Source: Abditibacteriaceae bacterium (lineage in GTDB: Bacteria > Armatimonadota > Abditibacteriia > Abditibacteriales > Abditibacteriaceae). Taken from it: a DNA stretch of 64,000 bases. Numbering within the stretch: position 1 is the first letter of the stretch; each line of letters begins with the position of its first letter. The translations under genes and the position numbers were made by a program. The notes below the pieces were generated by a model. The model worked only from the letters and a program-made list of their open reading frames with translations, had not been told where the DNA came from and ran no database searches. The stretch is from positions 3,104,001 through 3,168,000 of the forward strand of contig OZ255721.1 of NCBI GenBank assembly GCA_965277285.1, in the 5' to 3' direction. Shown here one piece after another: positions 63,648 through 64,000 of the stretch.

Positions 63648-64000
63648 AACTTCCGTTCAAAAATATGCGCCGAATGTGGAATAACTTCCATACGCTTGAC
63701 AAGGCGGAGCGCAGCTTCTACAAGCAGGTCTTTGCAAAAAAGCCATAAACAAGTTTGTTTGCTCCTTAAAATTCAGACTTTGCTACCAATGTCTGAATAT
63801 ACAAGCGTCTTCTTTCAAATGAAATGTCAAATGAAAAGCGTCGTGGCAAGATTGTTGCGCGATAGCTTTGGACAGTTTTGACGAAACGCTTGATTTCCTG
63901 TTACACAATAGAAAGGTGGTTCTGTGACAATCGCCTATGAAGCTCTTTTGAGAGGTTACGATTATGGCTCTTTTTCCTGGTGGAGGAATGCGTTCGCGTG

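Noticed and set aside
63648..64000. Gene start or RNA gene at the right edge
   Set aside because: AT-rich promoter-like DNA with a possible RBS and GTG near 63912-63926, but too little sequence to support a call.

Overview
A gene-dense, moderately GC-rich bacterial chromosomal segment. The gene content suggests an Armatimonadota/Abditibacteriota-like organism, which is an inference and not verified. Housekeeping genes include glyQS, ccmE-ccmF, dksA, cfa, ppa, gltB, argJ, fabI and pdxT. Accessory content includes a Phd-RelE toxin-antitoxin pair, a fused restriction-methylase plus specificity subunit followed by a HEPN-like gene, a siaABCD-like c-di-GMP operon, a RAYT transposase and several REP-like hairpin families. 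The main signal is the 12-bp palindrome TCGAGTACTCGA (usually WTCGAGTACTCGAW). I counted 53 exact copies by eye plus about 20 near-matches, against about 0.004 expected by chance. It sits at gene boundaries, inside or beside terminators, and in-frame inside proteins in all three frames (IEYS / SSTR / RVL[DE]), like a HIP1- or DNA-uptake-sequence-type element. Two single genes are bracketed by duplicated terminator-plus-palindrome units. A second highlight is a canonical-looking -1 ribosomal frameshift signal that would fuse the restriction-methylase to its specificity subunit. I recognised no rRNA, tRNA or CRISPR array. All counts and coordinates were read manually and may be off by a few.
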